Shown in pieces: positions 42,742-53,242 of a stretch of 64,000 nucleotides of DNA. A program made the position numbers and the translations under genes. This stretch comes from an uncultured Alphaproteobacteria bacterium (GTDB taxonomy: Bacteria > Pseudomonadota > Alphaproteobacteria > HIMB59 > GCA-002718135), in contig CACPNW010000006.1 of NCBI GenBank assembly GCA_902635455.1, positions 961 to 64,960 of the forward strand. The letters are read 5' to 3'. Position 1 is the stretch's first letter. Every line of letters begins with the position of its first letter. Below the pieces are notes generated by a model that saw only the letters and a program-made list of their open reading frames with translations, searched no databases and had not been told where the DNA came from.

Positions 42742-44217
42742 ATGGATTTACATTATATATCAGCTACAGAAGCTATTGATAAATTTAAAAATAAGTCTCT
42801 ATCTCCTGTTGAACTAATAAAGGCTATTATTAAAAGGGCTGAAGAAATCAATCCCAAAATAAATGCTCATAACTTTACCTTTTATGAAGAAGCTATTGAA
42901 AAAGCTGTAATTGCAGAAAAAAAATACTTTTCTAATTCAAACATCCTGCCATTAGAAGGAATACCAGTAGCTATTAAAGATGAAGAAGATATCAAAGGTC
43001 AGCCTAATACAAACGGTTCTTTAGTTTTAAAAAATCATATTGCTTCAAAAACTATGGTAGATGTTGAAAGAATAATAGAATCTGGGGCAGTTATTCATTG
43101 CAGAACAACTACACCTGAGTTCTCTCTTACTTCTTTCACACATTCAAAAATTTGGGGAGTAACAAAAAATCCTTGGGGCTTATATTATTCCCCTGGAGGT
43201 TCGTCTGGGGGTTCAGGCGCCTCATTGGCCGCAGGTTGCTCAACATTAGCAACTGGTTCTGATATTGGAGGATCTATTAGAATTCCTGCTTCAGCTTGTG
43301 GTTTAGTTGGATTTAAACCTCCTCACGGTCGAAATCCTCAAGAAGCTCCTTTTAATCATGATCAATACTGTGTGGTTGGACCTATGGCTAGAACTGTAAA
43401 AGATTGTGCGTTAATGCAAAATGTGATGTCAGGACCACACCCAAAAGATATTACAAGTTTAAAGCCTAAATTAACAATTCCCAATAAATTTGAAAATATT
43501 AAAAATTGGAAAATAGCTTATTCTATGAATCTTGGTTTTTTTGAAATTGATAAAGAAGTAGAAAAAAATACATTAAAAATGATTAGTAAGCTTAAAGACT
43601 TAGGAGCAAAAGTAGAAGAGGTTAAAATAAATTGGAACAAAAAAGAGCTCGAAGATACTTGTTATAATTATTACGCTCATCTTTTTGCAAATCTTGTTTC
43701 AGAATTAATGCCTGATTATGAAGAAGAGCTTACTGATTATGCCAAGGCTTCTGGAATTTCAGCTAAAATTATTAATCAGGCATTAGTAGAAAAAAAGAAA
43801 ATTAATTTTCCTTCAATGGGTGTAGATCTTGGAATGACTTTATATGAATGCAATAAAGTAGCTGGAAAAATGTATGATCAATTTGGTCCTATAATTCATA
43901 ACTATGATGCATTTGTATGCCCTACTCTATCAATACCTTCTGTAAAAGCTGATTTAAATTTATTTGAAGATAAAGTATTAATTAATGGAAAAGAAATAAA
44001 CTCCCCAGATCTTGGATGGACACTCTGCTATCCTTTTAACATGCTTTGTCGTTTACCAGTGCTATCAATACCTTCTGGATTAGCTAGCAATGGTATACCG
44101 ACAGGTATTCAAATAGTAGGAAAGCCATATGAAGATATTCCCGTTTTTCAAGCAGGGTATAACTTAGAGCAAATAGAGCCTTGGTATAAAACAGAAAAAT
44201 TTAAACCCAATATATAA
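42742..44217 (+). CDS. Amidase signature family enzyme
   Basis: GIPVAIKD, GGSSGGS, GSDIGGSIRIPAS (Ser-cisSer-Lys triad). Confidence 0.9.
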   Translation: MDLHYISATEAIDKFKNKSLSPVELIKAIIKRAEEINPKINAHNFTFYEEAIEKAVIAEKKYFSNSNILPLEGIPVAIKDEEDIKGQPNTNGSLVLKNHIASKTMVDVERIIESGAVIHCRTTTPEFSLTSFTHSKIWGVTKNPWGLYYSPGGSSGGSGASLAAGCSTLATGSDIGGSIRIPASACGLVGFKPPHGRNPQEAPFNHDQYCVVGPMARTVKDCALMQNVMSGPHPKDITSLKPKLTIPNKFENIKNWKIAYSMNLGFFEIDKEVEKNTLKMISKLKDLGAKVEEVKINWNKKELEDTCYNYYAHLFANLVSELMPDYEEELTDYAKASGISAKIINQALVEKKKINFPSMGVDLGMTLYECNKVAGKMYDQFGPIIHNYDAFVCPTLSIPSVKADLNLFEDKVLINGKEINSPDLGWTLCYPFNMLCRLPVLSIPSGLASNGIPTGIQIVGKPYEDIPVFQAGYNLEQIEPWYKTEKFKPNI

Positions 44218-44300
44218 ATAAATTTTATTTTTATTGAAATTTTCTGAAATTATTGTTCATATACTACTTAATTAATTAATTAATTTTTATTGGGGGTAAA

Positions 44301-45413
44301 ATGCCTAAATATGATTTAGCTAAAAAAATTGTTAACGGGGAATTATCTCGTAGACAAATGATTAAAGCACTAGGAGCGGCGGGAGTGATCACTTCACTTT
44401 CACCTCTTGTAGCAAAATCTGCATTCGCAAAGGAACAGGTTGGTCTGTTTACTTGGGGTGGGTATGATGATGATGGTCTTTACAGTGGTTATATAAATAA
44501 ACACGGTGGAGCACCTGAATATACAACATTTGGAGATGCAGAAGAAGGCCTGCAAAAATTAAGAGCAGGTTATGTAACAGATGTTATACATCCTTGTTAC
44601 TCAGATCCACCAAGATGGCAAAGAGCTGGTGTTATTCAGCCTATTGACACAAGTAGGCTTGCAAGCTGGGGAGATCTTTTCCCACAATTAACTGGAATGG
44701 GTTCTGTTAATTTTGATGGTGCACAATGGATGGCTCCTGTTGATTGGGGAGATACTTCTTTAATTTATAATCCAGACAAAGTTAATTGGATGAGTCCCGG
44801 AAATGAAAGTTTAGGTCTGTTATTTGATGATCGTATGGAAGGTAAAGTAGCTATATTAGATTCAGCTGCGGACTCTTGGTACTTAGTTGCTATTTATCAT
44901 GGCATTGATGTAACTAGAATGGAGCATGTTACAAAAGCTCAAGTTGATAGTGTTTATGAAGCATTAAGAAAAATGAGAAAAAATGTTAAAATTTATACTA
45001 CTGATACAGCAACTCTAGAACAAGCTTTATTGGATGAAGAAGTATGGTGTGCTCTTGCTTGGAATGAGTCATCTTGGAATACAGGTTTTCCTATGATGAG
45101 TCCGAAAGAAGGTACTTTAACTTGGTCTTGTGGGCTAGTTATTCATAAAGACGCTCCAAATTTAGATTTAGCTTATGATCTAATTGAAGCATCTATAAGT
45201 GCTGAAACTTCAGAATATTTATTAAATGAATGGGGATATGGTCACTCTAACAAAAAGGGATATGAAACTATATCTGCAGAAGCTCTAGCTGAAAGAGGTT
45301 TAGCTCCTGATCCTATTGCGCATTTAGAAGGTGGTAATTTTAGCAACAATCCAACTGATGAAATTACTGATTATATTGAAATGCAATGGGCAGAATTTAC
45401 TGCTGGCGGTTAA
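44301..45413 (+). CDS. Polyamine ABC transporter substrate-binding protein (PotD/PotF-like) with Tat signal
   Basis: SRRQMIK twin-arginine signal ending AFA; FTW.GY, P.DWG, PKEG...W. Confidence 0.85.
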   Translation: MPKYDLAKKIVNGELSRRQMIKALGAAGVITSLSPLVAKSAFAKEQVGLFTWGGYDDDGLYSGYINKHGGAPEYTTFGDAEEGLQKLRAGYVTDVIHPCYSDPPRWQRAGVIQPIDTSRLASWGDLFPQLTGMGSVNFDGAQWMAPVDWGDTSLIYNPDKVNWMSPGNESLGLLFDDRMEGKVAILDSAADSWYLVAIYHGIDVTRMEHVTKAQVDSVYEALRKMRKNVKIYTTDTATLEQALLDEEVWCALAWNESSWNTGFPMMSPKEGTLTWSCGLVIHKDAPNLDLAYDLIEASISAETSEYLLNEWGYGHSNKKGYETISAEALAERGLAPDPIAHLEGGNFSNNPTDEITDYIEMQWAEFTAGG

Positions 45414-45433
45414 TAAATTTTTTTTTATAAATT

Positions 45434-45467
45434 TGACCCGTAATTTTATTACGGGTCATTTTTTTTT
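45434..45467. terminator. Hairpin terminator between convergent SBP and ABC ATPase genes
   Basis: TGACCCGTAAT-TTT-ATTACGGGTCA followed by a T tract; overlaps the ATPase stop codon. Confidence 0.8.
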
Positions 45468-46540
45468 ATAACACGTATATCTTTTAAATTAATATTTAAG
45501 TAACAATCAGAATTTATTGATAACCCTTGTAAACTTTCTGCGGTTGATAACATAAGTGCTTTATCTACTCCTTCTATACTTACATATACATATGTTAAAT
45601 TCCCATAAAATGAAGTATTTGTAATTTTACCCTTAACTTGAATATCGGATTTTTTATTATCATTTGAGCTAATGTTTATTGACTTAGGTCTTATACCGGT
45701 AACAATAGTATCGTTTTGATTAATAATTGTATGTGCTTGTATTGTATATTCACCTATTCCATTAATTAAAACTTTTACATTCTTGCCATCAATATTAGAA
45801 ATTTCAGAGTTTAATAAATTTATGTCTCCTATGAAATCTCCTACAAATAAATTTACAGGAAAATCATATAATTCTCTAGGTGGTGAAACTTGTAAAATTT
45901 TTCCTTGATTCATTACTGCCACCCTATCAGACATGGTCATTGCCTCTTCCTGATCGTGAGTAACAAAAACAAAAGTTATTCCTACACTTCTTTGTAAGTT
46001 TCTTAACTCTATTTGCATCTCTTCTCTTAATTTCTTATCTAATGCTCCTAATGGCTCATCCAGTAATAAAACTTTAGGCCTTTTGACAAGTGCTCTAGCT
46101 AAAGCAACTCTTTGTCGCTGACCACCTGAAAGTTGGTTAGAAAATCTATTTTCATAACCTTCTAATTTTACCATTTTAAGAGCTTCACTTACTCTTTGAT
46201 TCACTTCTTCAGCAGAAATTTTTTCTTTCCTTAAACCAAACTCTATATTTCTTTTTACATTTATATGAGGAAATATAGCATAGTTTTGAAATACCATATT
46301 AGTTGGCCTTAAATTTGCTGGAATATCAGTTACATCAGAGCCATCAATTGAAACTGAACCTTCTGATGGATATTCAAACCCTGCTAAAATTCTTAACAAA
46401 GTAGTTTTTCCACAACCTGAAGGCCCTAAAAGAGAGAAAAATTCACCCTTTCCAATGTTTATATTAACATTATCTACTGCAACCACATCGTCAAAATTTT
46501 TTGACAGATTGTTTATTTTTATAAAATTCTTATCATCCAT
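45449..46540 (-). CDS. potA: Polyamine ABC transporter ATPase
   Basis: GPSGCGKTT, LSGGQRQR, LLLDEPLGALD, VTHDQEEA, C-terminal TOBE-like region. Confidence 0.87.
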   Translation of the reverse strand: MDDKNFIKINNLSKNFDDVVAVDNVNINIGKGEFFSLLGPSGCGKTTLLRILAGFEYPSEGSVSIDGSDVTDIPANLRPTNMVFQNYAIFPHINVKRNIEFGLRKEKISAEEVNQRVSEALKMVKLEGYENRFSNQLSGGQRQRVALARALVKRPKVLLLDEPLGALDKKLREEMQIELRNLQRSVGITFVFVTHDQEEAMTMSDRVAVMNQGKILQVSPPRELYDFPVNLFVGDFIGDINLLNSEISNIDGKNVKVLINGIGEYTIQAHTIINQNDTIVTGIRPKSINISSNDNKKSDIQVKGKITNTSFYGNLTYVYVSIEGVDKALMLSTAESLQGLSINSDCYLNINLKDIRVIKKNDP

Positions 46541-47352
46541 TATATTCCACCTATTTTACTTTTCTTACCAGAAGGGTTGCCTAAATTCCTTAACCAATAA
46601 GATATTATAACTAACAATGAAGTAACCACAATAATTACTGCCCCTAATGCCAAAACATGAGGTAATTTTTTTGGAAAACGCATTTGTCCCCACATATACA
46701 TAGGTAGTGTTTGATCTGATGAGGATAAGAAAAAAGCAAGAATAAATTCATCAAATGAAATTACAAATGATAATAATAAAGATGCTATAACTGCTGGTAA
46801 AACAAGAGGAAAAGTTACACGCCAAAAAGTTCCCCAAGCATTTTCTCCTAAATCCATTGCTGCTTCTTCTAAGTTTTTATCAAAGCCCTCCATTCTTGAA
46901 ATTAAAATTAATAAACAAAAAGGAGTGCAAAATAAAATATGCGAAATAGTTACTGGAACCAAACCTAATTGAAAACCCATTCCAGTCCAAATTACAATTA
47001 AAGCTACTGCAATAATAATTTCAGGAATAACAAAAGGAAGTAAAATTGCTCCATATGATAATTGATGAAATCTAACTTTATATCTTGTAAATGCTTTAGC
47101 AGCTAACAATGCAATAAAAGTACTAAAAACAGATGCTACCAATCCAACTTTTATACTATTCATCAAAGCTTTATGTAGTCTGCTAGAATGAATCATTTGA
47201 TCATACCATTTAAACGTAAAACCCTTAAGCGGAAAAACCATATGAATAGCATCATTAAAAGAAAAAATAGGTAACAGCATCACTGGTATATATAAAAAAG
47301 CAAAATAAATTATTGAATATAAAAGTAATGTATTATTTTTTTTATACATCAA
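46540..47352 (-). CDS. potC: Polyamine ABC transporter permease
   Basis: FLYIP....FSFN, GFT.KWY, LEEAAMDLG, SFDEF. Confidence 0.85.
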   Translation of the reverse strand: MMYKKNNTLLLYSIIYFAFLYIPVMLLPIFSFNDAIHMVFPLKGFTFKWYDQMIHSSRLHKALMNSIKVGLVASVFSTFIALLAAKAFTRYKVRFHQLSYGAILLPFVIPEIIIAVALIVIWTGMGFQLGLVPVTISHILFCTPFCLLILISRMEGFDKNLEEAAMDLGENAWGTFWRVTFPLVLPAVIASLLLSFVISFDEFILAFFLSSSDQTLPMYMWGQMRFPKKLPHVLALGAVIIVVTSLLVIISYWLRNLGNPSGKKSKIGGI

Positions 47353-48233
47353 GACATCCTTAAACTTACTTTTTTTGTTATATAAGTGACAACTAATGCG
47401 ACAAAGCTAACAGACAATAACATTAATACAGCTGAAGCTGCGCCTAAAGGAAAGTTATTAGCTCTTCCAAATAGACTTTGAATCATGTTAGACAACATCC
47501 TTCCATCAGTCCCTCCTACTAGTTGTGGTGTTACATAATCACCTACTGTTGGAATAAAAATAATTAGTATAGCTCCTATTACTCCAGGCAATGAAAGTGG
47601 GAAAGTAACCCTCCAAAAAGTTTGAAATTTTGAACATCCTAAATCATAAGAAGCCTCTAAAAGTGATTTATCAATTTTATCTAAAGATACATAAAGTGGT
47701 AATATCGCAAATGCAGCCCAAGCATGAGCTAAAGTCAAAACTACAGCAGTTTGACTATAAATTAAGAAACTTAAAGGCTCATCTATTGCGCCAGAAAACA
47801 TTAGAGCAGAATTTATAACACCTTTGTGTCCTAAAATTACTCTCCAAGAAAATACTCTTAACAAATAACTCGTCCAAAATGGTAATGTCATTAGTACGAT
47901 CCAAAGCATTTTATTTTTCTTTACGTAAAAAGCAATATAATAAGCTAAAGGATAGGTAGTTAATAAAGTTACCAAAGTTACTAAAAAAGAAATCTTAATA
48001 GAGCGAAATAATAAAGTTGAATAAACAGGTCTGCTAAAGAAATCAGCATATCTGTCTAGAGTTAAGGTGCTATCTATTTCCATCATACTAACTTGTGTAT
48101 GAAAACTTGTTAAAACCATTAAAAGTAATGGCGAAGCCATTGCTAAAATAACTAGAATTAAAGCTGGAGATAGTAAAGTATAAGCCCTTATACTTTCATG
48201 TTTTGAAAATAATTTTCTCCATGTATTTATCAT
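47349..48233 (-). CDS. potB: Polyamine ABC transporter permease
   Basis: PFWTSYLLRVFSW, LLEASYDLG, FIPTVGDYVTP.LVGG. Confidence 0.85.
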   Translation of the reverse strand: MINTWRKLFSKHESIRAYTLLSPALILVILAMASPLLLMVLTSFHTQVSMMEIDSTLTLDRYADFFSRPVYSTLLFRSIKISFLVTLVTLLTTYPLAYYIAFYVKKNKMLWIVLMTLPFWTSYLLRVFSWRVILGHKGVINSALMFSGAIDEPLSFLIYSQTAVVLTLAHAWAAFAILPLYVSLDKIDKSLLEASYDLGCSKFQTFWRVTFPLSLPGVIGAILIIFIPTVGDYVTPQLVGGTDGRMLSNMIQSLFGRANNFPLGAASAVLMLLSVSFVALVVTYITKKVSLRMS

Positions 48234-48252
48234 AAATGACCTTATATATTAT

Positions 48253-49431
48253 TTATTCAATTAAGGATTGCAAACCCCTTTTATAAAGAGAATTTGCAAT
48301 AATTATTCTATGAATTTCACTTGTTCCTTCCCAAATACGATCAACACGAAGTTCTCTATAATATCTCTCAGCAACATTGTCTCTCATATATCCTCTGCCT
48401 CCAAAAATTTGAACAGATCTATCAGCTACTCTATTAGCCATTTCAGACGCCATTAGTTTAATCATAGAACATTTTCCATGTAAAATTTTGACATCTTGTT
48501 TTGCATCATGTGCTTTGCATATTTCGTACAACATTAATCTAGTAGAAGCCAGTTCATTTACACTATCGGCAAGCATGAACTGTATTGCTTGATAATTTGC
48601 AATTTTATCACCAAATGAAACTCTTTCTTTTGCAAACTCTGTAACTTCATCAATAAGCCTTTCAGCTGCTCCACAACATCTTGCTGCTATACCTAATCTT
48701 TCATGTCTGAACCAAGAGTGAGTAAAATCCATACCCATGCCTTCATTTCCTATAATATTTTTTTCAGCTACAGACACATTATTAAATCGATAAATACTAT
48801 GATGATGAGCATATGTATGGCTAAACTTAGGAGTGTCAATTAATTCAATACCTTCAACATTTTTATCAATTATGAAAAGTGCATTTTTATCTTTATTTGG
48901 CCCTGATTTAATTTTAGCTTGCAAAAAGAAAAAGTCAGCTAAGTTTGCACTTGTTACATACCATTTTTCTCCATTAATTATATATTGGTCTCCTTTTTTT
49001 TCTGCCGTTGTTTCAATTGATCCTTCTACATCAGATCCTGCACCCTTTTCTGTGATTGCATAACATTCTTTTTTTATACCTTTTAAGAGGGGTTGAAGAT
49101 AATGTTCTTTTTGGTAATCATTAAAATTCTCTTCCATCCAATCCTGAGCTTCAGAAAAACACCAGCATAAAGCATTAGTAACCCTACCTAATTGTTCCCA
49201 TATTATCATTTGTTCAAACATAGTTAATCCTAAGCCACCGCTTTCTTTTGTTATGCCCATACCTGGCAATCCGAAAGAAATTGCAATTTCACGATGTTTT
49301 TTTTCAATATCTTTTGGAAGCTCACCTTCATTTTTTTCTGCATGAACTTCCCAGGGAATAAGTTCATCATTTACAAATTTTTTTATTTTTATCTTCCATT
49401 CAAGAGCTTTAGGTGTCATTCCACTATACAT
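48253..49431 (-). CDS. Acyl-CoA dehydrogenase family protein
   Basis: AITE..AGSD, NGEKWY, Q.IQFMLAD, QIFGGRGY, RIWEGTSEI. Confidence 0.92.
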   Translation of the reverse strand: MYSGMTPKALEWKIKIKKFVNDELIPWEVHAEKNEGELPKDIEKKHREIAISFGLPGMGITKESGGLGLTMFEQMIIWEQLGRVTNALCWCFSEAQDWMEENFNDYQKEHYLQPLLKGIKKECYAITEKGAGSDVEGSIETTAEKKGDQYIINGEKWYVTSANLADFFFLQAKIKSGPNKDKNALFIIDKNVEGIELIDTPKFSHTYAHHHSIYRFNNVSVAEKNIIGNEGMGMDFTHSWFRHERLGIAARCCGAAERLIDEVTEFAKERVSFGDKIANYQAIQFMLADSVNELASTRLMLYEICKAHDAKQDVKILHGKCSMIKLMASEMANRVADRSVQIFGGRGYMRDNVAERYYRELRVDRIWEGTSEIHRIIIANSLYKRGLQSLIE

Positions 49432-49434
49432 AAT

Positions 49435-50058
49435 TTATAATATTCCTTTAAATTGTTTTGGAAAATTTGATTTAACAAATTCAAAACAAATTTTCTTTGA
49501 TTGCGTTCTATTAAAAGTATCAGGATCTTCTAACTGATCTAACCACAAACCCATTATTAAAGCTTGAAATCCTCTAGCTACATTTTTTTTTGATAATTTA
49601 TTTTTTTCTTTTTTTATTAAATCTGTAAATATATTTTCAGTTACACTTTGATAGTACAAGTCTCTTTCTTTACATATTTGATGATAAGCAGGTTTATACT
49701 TTATTTCACTAAAGAAAGTAAACCAAACTGCAATTTTTTCTCTAGTGCATATTTTTTTACTAAAATCATTTTCTATAATTCCTATTATTTTTTTTCTTGG
49801 ATCATTACCTGATTTAGAAATACTTTTTTGAAATGAGTGAAGATATTCATTTGAAATAAACTTTAGGGTTTCAATTAATAATATTTCCTTACTTTTGAAA
49901 TGAAAATTAACAATACCTTGAGATAGTCCTGCCCCCTGTGACACATCCTGCATTGTTAATTCATTTATCCCTTTTTTAGATAAATTTTTAATAGTAGATG
50001 AAATTAATTTTAAATTACTATTTTTTTTGTTTTCTAATCTAAGATTTCGCTGCTTCAT
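49435..50058 (-). CDS. TetR family regulator, BetI-like
   Basis: HTH TMQDVSQGAGLSQGIVNFHFKSKE; BetI-type C-terminus (W..F..E, ALIMGLWL). Confidence 0.85.
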   Translation of the reverse strand: MKQRNLRLENKKNSNLKLISSTIKNLSKKGINELTMQDVSQGAGLSQGIVNFHFKSKEILLIETLKFISNEYLHSFQKSISKSGNDPRKKIIGIIENDFSKKICTREKIAVWFTFFSEIKYKPAYHQICKERDLYYQSVTENIFTDLIKKEKNKLSKKNVARGFQALIMGLWLDQLEDPDTFNRTQSKKICFEFVKSNFPKQFKGIL

Positions 50059-50116
50059 AAATTTACTAAAACTACATTAGTTTTTCATAAAAAGCTTGAT
50101 TTTACAAGAAATTTGG

Positions 50117-50132
50117 TTGAATGGTCATTCAA
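50117..50132. promoter_or_regulatory. Perfect palindromic operator TTGAATG-GT-CATTCAA (putative TetR site)
   Basis: Located in the divergent region between TetR and the flavoprotein operon; near-identical copies at 37630 and 58451. Confidence 0.78.
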
Positions 50133-50150
50133 AGAGATATAAAAAAAACT

Positions 50151-51779
50151 ATGAACAAAGCTAAATATGATGTTGCTATAATTGGAGGCGGTCACAATGG
50201 GTTAACTACAGCATGTTATTTAGCCAAAGCCGGCCTTAAAGTGGTTGTTGTAGAAAGACATGATTATGTTGGAGGCGCTGCTGTAAGTAGAGAGCTTCAT
50301 CCAGGCTGGACATATTCTAACTGTTCTTATGTTTGTAGCTTATTGCGACCTGAAATTTTTAGAGATTTAGAATTGTCAAAGCATGGTTTACAAATTATTC
50401 CTTATGAAGGTAGTGCTAGTATGCTTGATGATGGAAGATTTTACGCACATTATCAAGACCATGATTTAACATACCGTTCTATTGCTCAATTTTCAAAAAA
50501 AGATGCTGAAGCTTATGATAGATTTGGAAAAGATGTCATGAGGCAATGTAAAATCATTAAACCTCTTTTAAAATTGACTCCTCCTGATCCAACATCTTTT
50601 AAACCAAAAGACATAATGGGCTTATTTGAATTTGCTAAATATTTTGCTGCTAAAGATGAATTAGGCGGATTAGGAGAAAAAGAAATTTATGACACCATTA
50701 GATTCTGGACAATGAGTGTTAGAGACTATCTCGAAGAATATTTTGAGTCAGATATAGTAAAGGTTCATTTAGCAGGTTCGGCTATTATTGGAACGGCACT
50801 TGGTCCTTACTCACCTGGTTCAGCATACGTATTATTACATCATTATATGGGAGAAGTTGATGGCACTGTAGGAGCTTGGGGTTATTCAAGAGGAGGAATG
50901 GGTTCAATCACAAAAGCTATGGCATCATCTTTTAAATCAAAAAATGGAGAGATTAAAGCTGGCTCACCAGTTACTAAAATTCTCATTAAGAATAATAAAA
51001 GTTATGGTCTTGTTCTCGAAAATGGTGATGAAATTTATGCTGATAAAATAGTTTCAAATCTTGATGTAAAAAGAACTTTTTTAAAAGTTGTTGAAGAAAA
51101 AGAATTACCTAGTGATTTTTATAGAGCTGTAAAAAATTTTAAAATTCGAGGATCTTCAGGAAAATTAAATATTGCGCTTGATGATCTTCCTGTTTGGAAA
51201 AGTATTCCAATTGGCGATCCTGCAGGAACCGGTGATTTGCACATAACACAGAACATTGAAGAGATGGAGGGCGCTTATGATGATTGGAAAGATGGTAAAT
51301 GGTCTCAATTTCCTTATGTTGATATGTGTATTCCTAGTATTAATGATCCAACAATGGCACCTCAAGGAAAACATTATATGTCAGTTTTCATTCAATATGT
51401 GCCATATAATTTAGCAGATGGAGGGTGGACTGAAGAAAAGCGTAAAGAGTTTGGGAAACATGTAATGGAAAGAATTGGAAATTACTCAACAAACTTCAAA
51501 GATATCATCAATCACGCAGAAATTAGAACTCCTAAAGAATTAGAAGCAGAAGTTGGTTTAACTGAAGGTAATATATTTCAAGGTGAATTAACAATGGATC
51601 AACTAATGTTTAATCGTCCTGTGCCTGGCTATGCTCAATACAAAACACCTATAAAAAACCTATACATGTGTGGTTCTAGTACGCATCCTGGTGGAGGTGT
51701 TATGGGAGCACCTGGGGCAAATGCAGCAAGAGAAATATTAAAAGATTTAAATAAGAAAATGTCAACGCATTACATATGA
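50151..51779 (+). CDS. Phytoene desaturase-like (PYROXD2-like) FAD oxidoreductase, subunit 1
   Basis: GGGHNGL..A.YLA, VGGAA, CSLLRP, GGMG, GNIFQG, LYMCGSSTHPGGGVMG; likely start MNKAKY at 50151. Confidence 0.85.
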   Translation: MNKAKYDVAIIGGGHNGLTTACYLAKAGLKVVVVERHDYVGGAAVSRELHPGWTYSNCSYVCSLLRPEIFRDLELSKHGLQIIPYEGSASMLDDGRFYAHYQDHDLTYRSIAQFSKKDAEAYDRFGKDVMRQCKIIKPLLKLTPPDPTSFKPKDIMGLFEFAKYFAAKDELGGLGEKEIYDTIRFWTMSVRDYLEEYFESDIVKVHLAGSAIIGTALGPYSPGSAYVLLHHYMGEVDGTVGAWGYSRGGMGSITKAMASSFKSKNGEIKAGSPVTKILIKNNKSYGLVLENGDEIYADKIVSNLDVKRTFLKVVEEKELPSDFYRAVKNFKIRGSSGKLNIALDDLPVWKSIPIGDPAGTGDLHITQNIEEMEGAYDDWKDGKWSQFPYVDMCIPSINDPTMAPQGKHYMSVFIQYVPYNLADGGWTEEKRKEFGKHVMERIGNYSTNFKDIINHAEIRTPKELEAEVGLTEGNIFQGELTMDQLMFNRPVPGYAQYKTPIKNLYMCGSSTHPGGGVMGAPGANAAREILKDLNKKMSTHYI

Positions 51780-53242
51780 AAAACTTTGATGTCATAATAA
51801 TTGGGGCAGGTCACAATGGTTTAGCCGCTGCCTCTTATCTTTCAAAAAAAGGTAAGAAAGTTTTAGTGGTTGAAAAAAATCAAAATGTTGGAGGTTTGGC
51901 AGAATATTCAGATTCACTGAATTGTGTCTCTCCGATAATTAAAAAAGAATTAAATATTAATGTGACTAATGTTGATAAGACAACTCACATTGTATCGCTT
52001 GAAGACAACCAAAACCATACTGTTCTAGAAGATAATAATGGCAAATTATCTTTTTTAAAAACTAATGCTGAAGAAGAAGATCAGCAAAAATTCTTGTCAA
52101 TTATTAACAACTACAAATTATTTTCAAAAACTCTTGGTTCGTTTATGTTTCAACAACCACCAAGAGTTAAATCAGGTAAAAAATCTGACTTATTTCAATT
52201 AATTTCAATGGGATGGAAAATTAGGAAATTAGGTAAAAAAAATATGCGCGAACTGCTTAGAATAATAGGTTTAAATATAGCGGATGATTTAGAGGATAAT
52301 TTAAGCAATAATAACTTAATGGGTTTGCTATCCCATGAAGCGGTTTTGGGAACAAACTTAGGACCAAGATCTCCAGGCTCTATATTAACTTTACTATATA
52401 AACAAGCCACCAATAACAATATTTTTAATTTAAAAAAAATAGAGGTTGCAGAATATATTAAGCAATTAGAAGATTGCTGTAATAAAAATATGGTCGAAAT
52501 TATTAAATCATCTGAAGTAAAAAAAATATTAACTCAAAATAACTCAGTTACTGGTGTTCAATTAACAAATGGAGAGGTTTTTGAATCAAAATATTTAATG
52601 TCTAATGCTGACCCTAAGACAACTTACTTAAATTTATTAGGTGCAGAAATTTTAGATACTGATTTTATTAGAAGAGTGAAAAATTTTAGAAATAAAGGGA
52701 ATGTCGCTAAACTTGAGTTAGTATTAGAAAATGAAATTAATATTAATAATATTGATAAAAATATGTATGGAAAATTTATTTATGCACCAAATATTAAATA
52801 CATCGAACATGCATTTAATGCCAATAAATATAACAAATACTCTGATAATCCATGTCTCGAGTTTTACGTTAATCAAAATACCATATCAGCTAATGTTTAT
52901 TATGTTCCATATTTGCTAAACTCTCATCATGAAGAAAATAAAATTATTAAAAGATGTGTGTCAATTTTAAGTAAATTTATTCCAGAAATGAAAATTGCAA
53001 AACAAGAACTCACTACTCCTAATAAAATGGAAGAAAAATTTAATATAGGGGGTGGGCATTGGCATCACGGTGATTTAGAAATAGATCAATTATTAATGAT
53101 GAGACCTTTTTATGGATCATCTCAATATTCCACACCTATAAATGGCTTGTATTTATGTAGTGCAGGTACTCATCCCGGAGGGGGGTTAACTGGTATCAAT
53201 GGTCTTAATGCTGCTAAAAAAGTTATAGAGGAATTAAAATAA
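51776..53242 (+). CDS. Phytoene desaturase-like FAD oxidoreductase, divergent subunit 2
   Basis: GAGHNGL, GGHWHHG, LYLCSAGTHPGGGLTG; ATGA overlap with subunit 1. Confidence 0.82.
   Translation: MKNFDVIIIGAGHNGLAAASYLSKKGKKVLVVEKNQNVGGLAEYSDSLNCVSPIIKKELNINVTNVDKTTHIVSLEDNQNHTVLEDNNGKLSFLKTNAEEEDQQKFLSIINNYKLFSKTLGSFMFQQPPRVKSGKKSDLFQLISMGWKIRKLGKKNMRELLRIIGLNIADDLEDNLSNNNLMGLLSHEAVLGTNLGPRSPGSILTLLYKQATNNNIFNLKKIEVAEYIKQLEDCCNKNMVEIIKSSEVKKILTQNNSVTGVQLTNGEVFESKYLMSNADPKTTYLNLLGAEILDTDFIRRVKNFRNKGNVAKLELVLENEININNIDKNMYGKFIYAPNIKYIEHAFNANKYNKYSDNPCLEFYVNQNTISANVYYVPYLLNSHHEENKIIKRCVSILSKFIPEMKIAKQELTTPNKMEEKFNIGGGHWHHGDLEIDQLLMMRPFYGSSQYSTPINGLYLCSAGTHPGGGLTGINGLNAAKKVIEELK

Noticed and set aside
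50121-50150. Longer N-termini given by the track (also 1195-1254, 15552-15572, 37610-37645)
   Set aside because: The extensions overlap operators, promoters or neighbouring genes; downstream ATGs fit family N-termini better.
50151-53242. Carotenoid biosynthesis genes (crtI/crtO)
   Set aside because: No crtE/crtB/crtY/blh nearby; the context is amine catabolism, so only the fold is shared.
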